From positions 1 through 53,998 of the forward strand of contig JAQGHV010000138.1 in the NCBI GenBank assembly GCA_028288785.1: a DNA stretch of 53,998 nucleotides, read 5' to 3'. The notes under the pieces are model-generated. The model saw only the letters and a program-made list of their open reading frames with translations. It was not told the origin of the DNA and did no database searches. Positions 1 through 9,175 of this stretch are shown here, in pieces. Every line of letters starts with the position of its first letter. Position 1 is the first letter of the stretch. This DNA is from Rhodospirillales bacterium (GTDB lineage Bacteria > Pseudomonadota > Alphaproteobacteria > Acetobacterales > Acetobacteraceae). Made by a program: the position numbers and the translations under genes.

Positions 1-224
1 TCCGGGGTTCCAACCGTCGTTCCCGATCACTGCGCCATCCGGTCGCGGAGAGGCTTTTCAGCCACTCCCGGGTGCCAGCCCCACCGAAGCGGGGCCACGG
101 AGCCAGGCGCTACACGGTCTGGGCAAATTCCTGGAGCTTTTCAAGGCGCCTCCTGCTGGGCACGGAGGCGGTGAAGCCTCACAGCCGGGTATCACCCCCG
201 GAGTGCCAGCAGAAAGCGCGGTGA

Positions 225-740
225 TTGGTGGCCTTCTCCGAGAGCCTTTGCAAGCCTCATGATGACACGCAGGCGCTGGCGAAAGCCTTCCCGGCCGGCG
301 CGCGGTGGATCAAAGTCCGTCCCTACGGCCTCGGCACCACCCGCCATGCCGCTATGATCCAGCCCCGAGGCGACGGGGCGCTCCGCGTCATCGGCGGCGC
401 CGGAGGCAAGCTCAATTACCTCAAGCTGGCGGCCGTCCGCTCCGGAGCGAACGCCCTGCGCAGCAATGGGGGGCGACCGAGCGCCAGGCCGCGAAGACAG
501 CGTCAACCTGTGCCAGCGGCGAGCCTCGCCTGGTAGGCTGAAGACCCAGGCGCATGAAATCTCCGTCTCGCAAACCGCGCGGCACGCGGCGACTTCGTGA
601 AGTAGGTAGCGGCCGCGCTTGACTGGAAGCCGGAAGACACCGCGTTCGCCACGAAGATCACCAGGATGTCCCGCAGTCCGAGCTGAACCGGATGCAGGAA
701 GCGCACTTCGACAATTTCTACAGCGTCGGCGCATCCTCTC
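225..740 (+). pseudogene. Decayed fragment (copy 1) of a probable large phage/mobile-element protein
   Basis: Reads LAKAFPAGARWIKVRPYG..MIQPRGDGALRVIGGAGGKLNYLKLAAVRS, then continues across frameshifts and a TAG (..RAARGDFVK*VAAALDWKPEDTAF). Clearly homologous to 1095-1470. Boundaries approximate. Confidence 0.55.
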
Positions 741-944
741 CGATGCTGACATGCGCGCCGCGGACGGCCTCTCCGCTCCGCCTCTCTCCGCCTCACCGAT
801 CCTGCCCCGCGGTCGGTTGTGGTAAAGGCCCCGGGCCACTCCGAACTCGTCAGCTCTCACCCGCGATCGAAAGAGGAAGCTGCGAGCCCGCTGCGCATCT
901 ACCGCGCTCGCCCACCGACCAACCTGGCGTGCAACGGCGTGCCG

Positions 945-980
945 AAAAAAGCGAACCCCCCGCCTTGTGGGCGGGGGGTT
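945..980 (-). terminator. Intrinsic terminator-like hairpin
   Basis: Perfect 11-bp stem AACCCCCCGCC (954-964) / GGCGGGGGGTT (970-980) with a 5-nt loop, followed on the - strand by CGC-TTTTTT. Confidence 0.65.
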
Positions 981-1094
981 ATACGGAACTTCCGATTGCT
1001 GCGCCTACTGGTCGCACCCCGGAATCTCCGGGGCCGGGTGCCATTCCCCAACGTGGAGAGTATCCGCTCGCGGCAAGAATTGATTTAGAGGAGT

Positions 1095-1470
1095 TCTGCA
1101 ACCCCTCAAAGGCTCTCCCGGCCCCGCGGGGTGGAACACCGTCCGTCCCAACGATCCCGGCACCAGCGATGATGCCGTGATCAGCCAGCCCAGCGGCAAC
1201 GGCGTGTTCCGCGTCATCGGCAGGGCGGGCCGCAAGCTCACTTACCTCAAGCTCACCGGCGTTCGCTCCGAGGCTGAATACACTAGCGGGGCAAGGAGAA
1301 GGCGACCCAGCACCGCGCCGCGAAGAAGCTTCAGTCTGCCAGCGCCCGCGAGGTGGGATGGTAAGCGTGAAGACCCCGGCGCGCGACAATCTCCACCTCG
1401 CCTACCGCGCGGCCCGCGACGAATTCGTGAAGGCACCACGCCAGGCGTGGCGCCGGCATTGGACCGGGCT
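1095..1470 (+). pseudogene. Decayed fragment (copy 2) of the same gene
   Basis: WNTVRPNDPG..ISQPSGNGVFRVIGRAGRKLTYLKLTGVRSEAEY, then a shifted frame KTPARDNLHLAYRAARDEFVK; colinear with copy 1. Confidence 0.55.
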
Positions 1471-1595
1471 GGCGGCGGGCCGCAGCGGGGCGAATGGGAG
1501 GGAATCGGGTCTGTTCCATTGTTTGGGCGGCGAGGATGCGAAATCTGGCCTTTAACGCCGATATTATTCACCATCATTAGCCCCAGACGGGCCGG

Positions 1596-1696
1596 ATCGA
1601 GTGGGAATCCCCCCGAATCATCGCCAATCGAGTGGGAATTCCCGCCCGGAATGCCAGCCGATCGCGTGGGAATTCCCACCCCTGATGGAAATTTCC
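1596..1696. repeat. Three direct repeats with palindromic core GGGAATTCCC, plus a weaker fourth
   Basis: ATCGAGTGGGAATCCCC at 1596, ATCGAGTGGGAATTCCC at 1627, ATCGCGTGGGAATTCCC at 1661 (perfect 14-bp palindrome 1666-1679); GGAAATTTCC near 1687. Confidence 0.8.
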
Positions 1697-1826
1697 GTTC
1701 GGTGTTCTGCGGCATTAACTCGCCTCATTCTCGCCGAGGCGGCGCAACACCACTCCCGCAGGCCGGCCACCGGAGCCAGCCCCATCCGATCTGGACGCGG
1801 GCTCATGTTTTCCGCATCCTGCCGGA

Positions 1827-2417
1827 ATGAACACCTTATTTAGTCCCGCGACCGCAGGTGAGTGGTCCGCCCTTTCCGAAGCCGCAGTGCTGGCCTTTCG
1901 TCTGCATTCTGACCAGCGCCGCAAGGGGACTTCGATCCCCTATCTTTCCCATCTGATGGCCGTCTCGGCGCTGGTGCTCGAGCATGGGGGCGACCAGGAA
2001 CAAGCCGTCGCCGCCCTCCTGCATGACGCCATCGAGGATTGCGGCGTCGAGCATGAAGCAACCATCGCCGCCAGCTTCGGCCCGCGGGTTGCCGGCATTG
2101 TCCGCGCCTGCACGGACGCGGAAGTCATCCCCAAGCCGCCCTGGCGCGACCGGAAGGAAGCGTATCTCGCGCATCTCGAGCATGCGGGTTCCGACGCCCT
2201 GCTGGTTTCAGCCTGCGACAAGCTGCACAACGCCCGCGCCATTGTGGAGGATTTGCGCGAGCATGGACCAGCGATGATGAGCCGCTTTAATGCCGGGCTC
2301 GAAGGCACGCTTTGGTACTATCGCGCGCTGGCGGAAGCCTTCAGCCGCCTCCTTCCAGGACGCCTCTCGGGAGAGCTGGCGCGCGCTGTGACCGAGATGG
2401 AGCGGCTGGCTAACTAG
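1827..2417 (+). CDS. HD-domain small alarmone hydrolase (Mesh1/SpoT hydrolase-like)
   Basis: HxxQxRKG..PYLSH, AALLHDAIED, CTD and DKLHN motifs; no synthetase domain. Confidence 0.9.
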   Translation: MNTLFSPATAGEWSALSEAAVLAFRLHSDQRRKGTSIPYLSHLMAVSALVLEHGGDQEQAVAALLHDAIEDCGVEHEATIAASFGPRVAGIVRACTDAEVIPKPPWRDRKEAYLAHLEHAGSDALLVSACDKLHNARAIVEDLREHGPAMMSRFNAGLEGTLWYYRALAEAFSRLLPGRLSGELARAVTEMERLAN

Positions 2418-2448
2418 GCGTTGGGAGCATGACCCACGATGCATCGAA

Positions 2449-2498
2449 CGAGCCGAGCGCACGTGCGCGGCGCCGATGCGAAATTTTCTTCATGCCGT
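2449..2498 (-). repeat. Degenerate copy of intergenic repeat family B
   Basis: - strand ACGGCATGAAGAAAATTTCG..GGCGCCGCGCACGTGCGCTCGGCTCG resembles 39924-40003. Confidence 0.5.
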
Positions 2499-2603
2499 GT
2501 TATCGCAGCGCAGATCGCCTCACCGCGCAGCCACCATGGGCGTAGCTAAGGATCACGCCTGGTCATGCCGGACTCCGCCCAGCTAAAGCGCCGATCAGTG
2601 TCT

Positions 2604-2850
2604 TCACCGCAGGCGGCCGAGCCCAAGCCGATCATAGGCCTGCATCACGCTCTTCTCGTTGGCCCTGCGTCGCCGCGGTTCGCTGCCTTCGGACGGCGGG
2701 TCGGCCTCCTCTGCGACGCAGGTGGCAATGGAGTCGCGGTCCGCGTCGAGGCCTAGGTCAAAGACGCGCAGCCTAAAGGACAACACGTCGCCGCTGCGTG
2801 CATCCTTCGCGTCCACGATGGCGGCGGTCGACGGTTCGCCAACTCGACCC
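2604..2850 (-). pseudogene. Probable C-terminal relic of a phage/satellite AAA_25 (RepA-like) helicase
   Basis: KDARSGDVLSFRLRVFDLGLDADRDSIATCVAEEAD resembles, from memory, the RD-G-F-L-V-LG-D-DG-TCVV tail of such helicases; no N-terminal part present. Confidence 0.35.
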
Positions 2851-3018
2851 TAGCTGGCTTCGCAATGTAAGTTGCCGGCGGGTAGAGCCGCGTCAGTCGT
2901 GGCAACGCCCACCGCTAGGCCCAACAAAATGCGAACCTACAAAAGAACGACTTGCTGTGCCTGAAGCCCCAGTGAAGCCCCACTGAGAAAGGTGCGCTGC
3001 GGAACGCGCAAAAAGCGC

Positions 3019-3095
3019 TGGTAGCGGCGGGCGGACTTGAACCGCCGACCCCGGCATTATGAGTGCCGTGCTCTAACCAGCTGAGCTACACCGCC
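3019..3095 (-). tRNA. tRNA-Met (CAT), elongator type
   Basis: GGCGGTGTAGCTCAGCTGGTTAGAGCACGGCACT-CAT-AATGCCGGGGTCGGCGGTTCAAGTCCGCCCGCCGCTACCA; cloverleaf with encoded CCA. Not initiator-like; Ile2 not formally excluded. Confidence 0.95.
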
Positions 3096-3166
3096 ACAGC
3101 CGCGGACGAAGCATCCCGCGGCAGTCCGACCAGAGCGCGCGGAGTAATGCCCCGCGCCATCCTCTG

Positions 3167-4339
3167 TCAACCGCGTCGCCGCGCCGACCACCGCAGGACG
3201 CCCGCACCGGCGACGGCGGAAGCGAGCGAGCCTGCCAGTACACCGAGCTTCACCGCCTCCTGCCGCGCGACATCGCCGGGGAATGCCAGCAGCCCGATAA
3301 ACAGGCTCATCGTGAAGCCGATGCCGCAGAGCAGCGCGACGCCGTACAGCTGCAGCCAGCCAGCGCCCTCGGGCAATCGCGCGAGGCCCGACCGCACGGC
3401 AATCCAGCACGCCCCCATCACGCCGGCCTGCTTGCCGAGGAACAGGCCAGCACCCACCGCGAGCCCGACCGTCCCCATTCCTGCCCCGCCGAGCGCCACG
3501 CCGGCATTGGCGAAGCCGAACACCGGCACGACAAGGAAATTTACCCAGGGCGCAATACCATGCTCCAGCCGCAGCAGCGGCGCCCCCTTCCGCGTCGCGA
3601 GCGGGATGCAGAAGGCCAGCGCCACGCCCGCCAGCGTCGCGTGCACGCCCGAGGCCAGCACCAGCACCCACAACACGGCACCAAGCACCAGATACGGCCA
3701 TAGCCGGTCCACCCCGGCGCGATTCAGCGCCGCCAGCAGCGCGAGCACCAGCGCTGCCCCCGCGAGTGCCGGCAGAGACAGCGCCGCCGTGTAGAATACC
3801 GCGATGATCAGCACCGCGCCGAGGTCGTCGATGATCGCGAGGGCGGCGAGGAAGGTGCGCAGCCCTGGTGGCGCCGCCTTCGGCCCAAGCAGCGCCAGAA
3901 CCCCCAGGGCAAAGGCGATATCCGTCGCCGCCGGAACCGCCCATCCGCGCAGCGCGCCGGGGTCGCTCCAGGAGACCGCCACATAGACCAATGCCGGCGC
4001 CGCCATGCCGCCCGCCGCAGCGAGCCCCGGCAGCACGCGCTTGCTCCAGTCAGACAGCTCGCCGTCGAGCAATTCCCGCTTGATCTCGAGACCCACCAGC
4101 AGGAAGAACAGCGCCATCAGCCCGTCATTGACCCAGTGACCGAGGCTCATCGGACCCAGGTAGGCGCCCCAGATCGCCCGGTAGCCGGTGGCAATTCCGC
4201 CCGCCTCGATATTCGCGATCACCAGCGCGAGGGCGGAGGCCGCCATGAGCACGAGCCCGGCCGCCGCCTGGTTGTCCAGGAAAGCGCGCATGAACGCTGC
4301 CCGCGGGCCGAGTTTGCGCACCCCGACTTCATCAACCAT
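3167..4339 (-). CDS. nhaA: Na+/H+ antiporter NhaA
   Basis: [46 protein letters not shown]; start chosen at an internal ATG. Confidence 0.95.
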   Translation of the reverse strand: MVDEVGVRKLGPRAAFMRAFLDNQAAAGLVLMAASALALVIANIEAGGIATGYRAIWGAYLGPMSLGHWVNDGLMALFFLLVGLEIKRELLDGELSDWSKRVLPGLAAAGGMAAPALVYVAVSWSDPGALRGWAVPAATDIAFALGVLALLGPKAAPPGLRTFLAALAIIDDLGAVLIIAVFYTAALSLPALAGAALVLALLAALNRAGVDRLWPYLVLGAVLWVLVLASGVHATLAGVALAFCIPLATRKGAPLLRLEHGIAPWVNFLVVPVFGFANAGVALGGAGMGTVGLAVGAGLFLGKQAGVMGACWIAVRSGLARLPEGAGWLQLYGVALLCGIGFTMSLFIGLLAFPGDVARQEAVKLGVLAGSLASAVAGAGVLRWSARRRG

Positions 4340-4450
4340 CCGCGTCTCCGATCCAGCGCCGCAATCTTCTCTTGCCTGCATAGACCAGCTGCGAAGGATC
4401 GCGCATCGTCGGCCCGAACGGACCCGTGCAAGGGCCAAGGGAGAGACGGC

Positions 4451-5638
4451 ATGACCGACGAGACCGCCAGCACGACATCACGCAGGATTTTGCTCGCCGG
4501 GGCAGCATTTGCTGGTTCCGCCTTGCAGGCCACCTCGGCCGCTGCACAGACACGCCGCCCGCCACAGGCGCGGCCAGTGTTCGCCTATGTTGGCAGCTTC
4601 ACCTCCGCCCAGCGGCGCGCGCGTGGCGAGGGCATCAGCGTGTTCAGCATGAACACCACGACCGGCGCCTGGGCCCATGTCCAGACGCTCGGCGACCTGT
4701 TCAACCCGTCCTACCTGGTGACCAGCCGCGACGGGCGCTTCCTCTATTCCGTGCACGGCGATGCCGACTACGCATCAGCCTTCGCGATCGACCCCGCGAG
4801 CGGGCGCATCCGTGCGCTGAACCGCGGCGCCACCGGTGGCCGCAACGGCGTCCGCCAGGCGATCGACCCCTCCGGCAAGTGGCTGGTTGTCGCCAACTAC
4901 GCGAGCGGCTCCGTGGCCGTGCTGCCGATCCGCCCCGATGGATCGCTGGGCGACCATGCGCAGCTGCTGTCGCTGCCCGGCGAGCCCGGCCCGAATCGCC
5001 GCGAGCAGCCGAACTCCGAGCCGCATGACGTCGTCTTCGATCCCTCCGGGCGATACGTCGTCGTCCCCGACAAGGGCCTGGACCGCATCTTCGTGTTCTC
5101 GTTCGACCCGGCGAACGGTGCGCTGACCCCGGCCGGCAATAACGGCTTCCTCGCCTCGCGCAGCGGCGCCGGCCCGCGCCACATGGCCTTCCACCCCACG
5201 CGCCCGGTGGCCTGGGTGCTTAACGAGCTCGACAGCACCGTCATCACCTGTTCATGGGCGCCAGGCAACGGCACGCTCACGGCGCAGCAGGTCATCACCA
5301 CCTTGCCCACCGATTTCACCGGCAACAGCACCTCCGCGGAGATCGCGGTGAGTGCGGATGGCCGCTTCGTCCATGTCTCCAACCGCGGGCATAACAGTGT
5401 CACCAGCTACACCGCCCGGCCCGACAATGGGTTGCTTTCGGCACCAGCCTGGACACGCACCCAGGGACCGGGGCCGCGCTTCATCGGCCTGGCACCCGGC
5501 GGCCGCTTTCTCTACGCGGCCAATGAGCAGGGCGACACCATCGTGCCCTTCCGCGTCGGAGGCACCGGCGGCCGGCTGACCCAGGCTGGTCCCGCGATCC
5601 TGTGCAAAAGCCCGGTCTGCATCGCCTTTACCGGATAG
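4451..5638 (+). CDS. Lactonase family 7-bladed beta-propeller (6-phosphogluconolactonase-like), Tat signal
   Basis: SRRILL Tat motif; [27 protein letters not shown]; GGGAGAG RBS. Confidence 0.9.
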   Translation: MTDETASTTSRRILLAGAAFAGSALQATSAAAQTRRPPQARPVFAYVGSFTSAQRRARGEGISVFSMNTTTGAWAHVQTLGDLFNPSYLVTSRDGRFLYSVHGDADYASAFAIDPASGRIRALNRGATGGRNGVRQAIDPSGKWLVVANYASGSVAVLPIRPDGSLGDHAQLLSLPGEPGPNRREQPNSEPHDVVFDPSGRYVVVPDKGLDRIFVFSFDPANGALTPAGNNGFLASRSGAGPRHMAFHPTRPVAWVLNELDSTVITCSWAPGNGTLTAQQVITTLPTDFTGNSTSAEIAVSADGRFVHVSNRGHNSVTSYTARPDNGLLSAPAWTRTQGPGPRFIGLAPGGRFLYAANEQGDTIVPFRVGGTGGRLTQAGPAILCKSPVCIAFTG

Positions 5639-5707
5639 GGCAATGCGGTAAGGCAACGATGGGCCGCTGTCGTGCGTTCCATCGTCACCCCCTTCCGGAG
5701 TGTCTCG

Positions 5708-7387
5708 ATGCCGCCGTTTATCCGTCCGACCGCGGCATACAGCAGTCTGCCGACGCGCCTTCTGCTGTTCGGCGGCATCGTCGCGGTGATCTACCTCGGG
5801 CGCGCGGTACTCGCGCCCTTGGCGCTGGCCCTCCTGCTGACCATCGCGGCATTGCCGATGGTGGGTTGGATCGAGCGGCGTGGCATGCCGCGCATCCCAA
5901 CCGTCTTGTTCACCATGATCATCTTCGTGGGCATCGCCGGCGGACTCATCTACCTGGTGGTCAGCCAAGCGCTGTCGCTCGCGGCGCAGCTGCCCGGCTA
6001 TGAGACCGTGCTGCGCGGCAAGCTGCTCGCGCTGAGCCAAGGCTCGGGACCGATCGAGGGTGTCTCGCGGCTGTTCCATCGTCTTGGTGCGGCGCTGCAG
6101 CCCAGCCCCACACCGACCACCACCGTGACCGTCGCACCACCCGAATCTTCACCCTATGAGACTGTCTTCGGCTTTATCGGCATGGTTATCGGTCCGCTTG
6201 CGACCATGGCGATGACGCTGCTGCTGATGACCTTCATCCTGGTGCAGCGTGAGGATGTCCGTGACCGCGCGTTGCGCCTCGCCGGCCTGCATGAGTTGCA
6301 CCGCACGACCGAGGCGATGTCCGACACGACCCACCGGCTCGGCCGTTTCCTGCTGATGCAGGTCTTCGTCAATGGTTTGTTCGGCTTTACCATGGGGCTG
6401 GGGCTTTGGCTGATCGGCGTGCCGAATGCGCCACTCTGGGGCGTGCTGGGCTTTGTCCTGCGCTTCATCCCCTTTCTAGGGGCACCACTGTCGCTGGTCT
6501 TCCCCCTGGTCGTCGCTTTCGCCACCACCGAAGGCTGGAACACCGTGCTGATGGTGCTTGCGCTTTTCATCGTGGTGGATGTTGTGCTGAGCTATGGCAT
6601 CGAGCCCTGGCTGTTCGGCCACAGCACCGGCGTCACGCCGCTCGCGCTGGTACTGTCCTCGGCGTTCTGGGCGGTTCTCTGGGGACCGATCGGACTGGTT
6701 CTGGCCCCGGCGATTACAGCCTGCCTGGTCATCATGGGCCGGCACATCCCGTCGCTCGGCTTTCTCGACATCCTGCTGAGCGACAGCCCGGCGCTGCCGG
6801 TGGAGGCGCGCTTCTACCAGCGGCTGCTCGCCGGGGATGAATATGGCGCGGCGCGCCTGCTTGCAGCCGACGGCGAACAGCGTGGCGTGCTGGGTTCGGT
6901 CGAGCGCCTGGTGCTGCCGGCCATCGCGCAGATCGGCCATGGGCGGCCGGACGAAACCTTCAGCGCCAACCTCGCGACCCGCGGCGCGCGTACCCTTAAA
7001 AACGTGCTCGACGCAATAACGGAGGGCGCGGTGGAGCGTCCTGAAATCCTGGTGCTCCCGATGGCGGGCGCGCTGGACCACGCGACGGCGAGTGCTCTCG
7101 TGGCGTCACTGTTGGAATCCGGGCACCCCGCCACGACGGAAGCCGAGAGGGCGCCGCATCCGACCGTCGTGGTCATGGCCGCCGCCGGCACCACTGCCCC
7201 CCACCGCGTGGCGCGTGCGTTGCGGGACGCGCGCCAGATTTGCTCGGAGGTCATCGTCTTCGTCGCCACCGATGAGGCGGCGCGTGCCGTCGCTGCCACT
7301 GGCCAAACGGCACCGGTCGCCGAATCCCTGACGACGCTGCTGCCGCGGATCGAGGCGATCCTGGAGCAAACCGAGGCGGTCGCCTGA
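5708..7387 (+). CDS. AI-2E family transporter with C-terminal soluble extension
   Basis: GVPNAPLWG..LRFIPFLG, EPWLFG, WGPIGL.LA.P, RFYQRLLAGD. Confidence 0.88.
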   Translation: MPPFIRPTAAYSSLPTRLLLFGGIVAVIYLGRAVLAPLALALLLTIAALPMVGWIERRGMPRIPTVLFTMIIFVGIAGGLIYLVVSQALSLAAQLPGYETVLRGKLLALSQGSGPIEGVSRLFHRLGAALQPSPTPTTTVTVAPPESSPYETVFGFIGMVIGPLATMAMTLLLMTFILVQREDVRDRALRLAGLHELHRTTEAMSDTTHRLGRFLLMQVFVNGLFGFTMGLGLWLIGVPNAPLWGVLGFVLRFIPFLGAPLSLVFPLVVAFATTEGWNTVLMVLALFIVVDVVLSYGIEPWLFGHSTGVTPLALVLSSAFWAVLWGPIGLVLAPAITACLVIMGRHIPSLGFLDILLSDSPALPVEARFYQRLLAGDEYGAARLLAADGEQRGVLGSVERLVLPAIAQIGHGRPDETFSANLATRGARTLKNVLDAITEGAVERPEILVLPMAGALDHATASALVASLLESGHPATTEAERAPHPTVVVMAAAGTTAPHRVARALRDARQICSEVIVFVATDEAARAVAATGQTAPVAESLTTLLPRIEAILEQTEAVA

Positions 7388-7412
7388 GGCGCTTCGGCTG
7401 GCGACGCGAATC

Positions 7413-8162
7413 CTACACCGCCGAAAGCGTGCGCGCGGTCCAGATGCCGCCCACGCATTCGCGGGTCTCGACCGTCAGTGCATCATCCTCCAGCACGACG
7501 AGGTTCCATCCGTTCGCGCCGCCGCCGCGTTCCGAAAACGCGCTCGGCGCGATGATCTGAGCCGGCCCGCCTGGGCCAAGCCGGGTCATCTCGGCGCGGT
7601 GGAGGTGGCCGCACAGCACCGCGCGCACGCGATGCGTCGTGAGCAGATCGATAGTCCGCTCCGCATGGCGTGGCGGCCGGCGCCCGACGGCCCAGACGGC
7701 GTGGCGCAGCGGGTGGTGGCAGACGAGCACCGCGCCCTCGCCCAGTACGCGTGCCAGCTGCTGCCGCCGATTGCCGGATATCGCCCCGGCCGACCAGTCC
7801 AGGTGCCATTGCGCTCGGCTGACGGTGTCCAAACCCACCAGCCGTAGCCCCTTCGTCTCAAGCACGGTCAGCGGAAATGCCGGGCTCACGGAGCGCCAGC
7901 GCCCGAGTGGATCATAGAGCCGCGTCCAAAGATCCTGACTCGGGATGTCGTGATTGCCCGGGACCATCAGCAACGGCGTCTCGAGGCTGGAAAGGAAGGC
8001 AAGTGCGGCGGAAAATTCGACGCGCGAGGCCCGCCGCGTCAGGTCGCCGCTGACGGCGATGACATCAGGTACGGCCTCCCGGATATCAGCGCCGAGGCTC
8101 GCGACCAGGGCCGGCGTCGCCTCGCCGAAATGCAGATCCGACAGGTGCGCGATGCGGGCCAT
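7413..8162 (-). CDS. Metallophosphoesterase (CpdA-like)
   Basis: SDLHFG, SGDLT, PGNHD, HHP and GHLH motifs. Confidence 0.9.
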   Translation of the reverse strand: MARIAHLSDLHFGEATPALVASLGADIREAVPDVIAVSGDLTRRASRVEFSAALAFLSSLETPLLMVPGNHDIPSQDLWTRLYDPLGRWRSVSPAFPLTVLETKGLRLVGLDTVSRAQWHLDWSAGAISGNRRQQLARVLGEGAVLVCHHPLRHAVWAVGRRPPRHAERTIDLLTTHRVRAVLCGHLHRAEMTRLGPGGPAQIIAPSAFSERGGGANGWNLVVLEDDALTVETRECVGGIWTARTLSAV

Positions 8163-9031
8163 CAGGACGCGGGCGGCAACAGCACGGCCAGCGCTCCGCG
8201 GTGCATCCGGAAGCGCAGCGGGGATGGCGCCAGCCGCATTTCGCCATCGAGGCTCAGGCGCAGCAGCGCCGCGCCACCATGCACGACAAGGTGCTGGGCA
8301 GCCCGGTCGAGCGTCTCCGGATCGTCGGATAGGCGACCGCGAACCCAGCGCCACGCCTGGCGGACCCGAGCATAGGCACTCGTCGGCCGGGCCAGCGAGA
8401 GCTCGAGCCCTCCCTGTGCCAAGGTGATCACGGCGGCGTGGCCGCTGCGGCGCTTGCCTCGGCCGAACCGCACCAGCACGTCATGCGCGTGCGGGCGGAA
8501 CAGCGACCGCAACAATGCGACCAGTAGCGGCCACCAGCCGCGCATTCCAGAGCCACGCTGCATCTCGCGAAAGCGCATCAGGCGCGTGGGACGGCCGACA
8601 ATGCTCTGATAAAGGAAGACGTCGCCGTTGACGGTCGCGACATCGGTGTGCCTGGCTGGGCCCGGGCGGTAGCAGCGCGCCGCCTCGATCGGATCGTTCG
8701 GCAGGGCAAATCGTTGGCAGAACCGGTTCATCGTGCCGCCGGGTAGCGGGGCGAGGATGCGGCCGGTCTTCATTGCCTTCTCGGCCGCGGCGCGGAGCGT
8801 GCCGTCGCCGCCGGCCACGAAGACGATGCCGACTTCCGGGTGATCGAACATCGCCCACTGCTCGATGAGCGGCATGTGCTCGGCGGCAGCGACAGGAAAG
8901 TGAAAGCCTTGTGCGCGGAGCACCACTTCAAGCTCCGCGCGAGGCGTCGCGAGGCCGGAGAGGCTGCCGGCCTGCGCATTAACGATCAGCGCCGCCCCGG
9001 TTCGCACCGGCTCATTTGCCTCAGCAAGCAT
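8162..9031 (-). CDS. Diacylglycerol kinase catalytic-domain family protein
   Basis: IVNAQAG, GGDGT, LPGGTMN, LDGE; stop overlaps the phosphoesterase start; start uncertain. Confidence 0.85.
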   Translation of the reverse strand: MLAEANEPVRTGAALIVNAQAGSLSGLATPRAELEVVLRAQGFHFPVAAAEHMPLIEQWAMFDHPEVGIVFVAGGDGTLRAAAEKAMKTGRILAPLPGGTMNRFCQRFALPNDPIEAARCYRPGPARHTDVATVNGDVFLYQSIVGRPTRLMRFREMQRGSGMRGWWPLLVALLRSLFRPHAHDVLVRFGRGKRRSGHAAVITLAQGGLELSLARPTSAYARVRQAWRWVRGRLSDDPETLDRAAQHLVVHGGAALLRLSLDGEMRLAPSPLRFRMHRGALAVLLPPAS

Positions 9032-9175
9032 TGGAAGCGTCGAAATCTCTGACCACACAAAGCTCGGGGCGTCGCCGCATCGGGTTCAAAATCCATCCTG
9101 GCGCCGGTGCATCGCGGGCGATCGTGGGCCAACGCCGGGCCAGGACGGTAGTTGCTCGCGCGACACACGAGAAGT

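Noticed and set aside
1550-1575. dif/Xer site (GGTGAATAAT...GTTAAA on - strand)
   Set aside because: Spacing and the XerD arm (TTATGTTAAAT) do not fit the 11-6-11 consensus.
1596-1696. Mini CRISPR array
   Set aside because: The unit is only 31-34 bp with ~15-bp similar spacers, and there are no cas genes.
1177-1830. 217-aa ORF as a real gene or toxin partner upstream of the HD hydrolase
   Set aside because: It is a chimera of the relic fragment and non-coding repeats, although its stop does overlap the HD start; no toxin motifs.
9059-9175. Further family B copy or bridge ORF between mnmA and the kinase
   Set aside because: Only a short GCCCGCGATGC match; no start-codon duplication or coupling.
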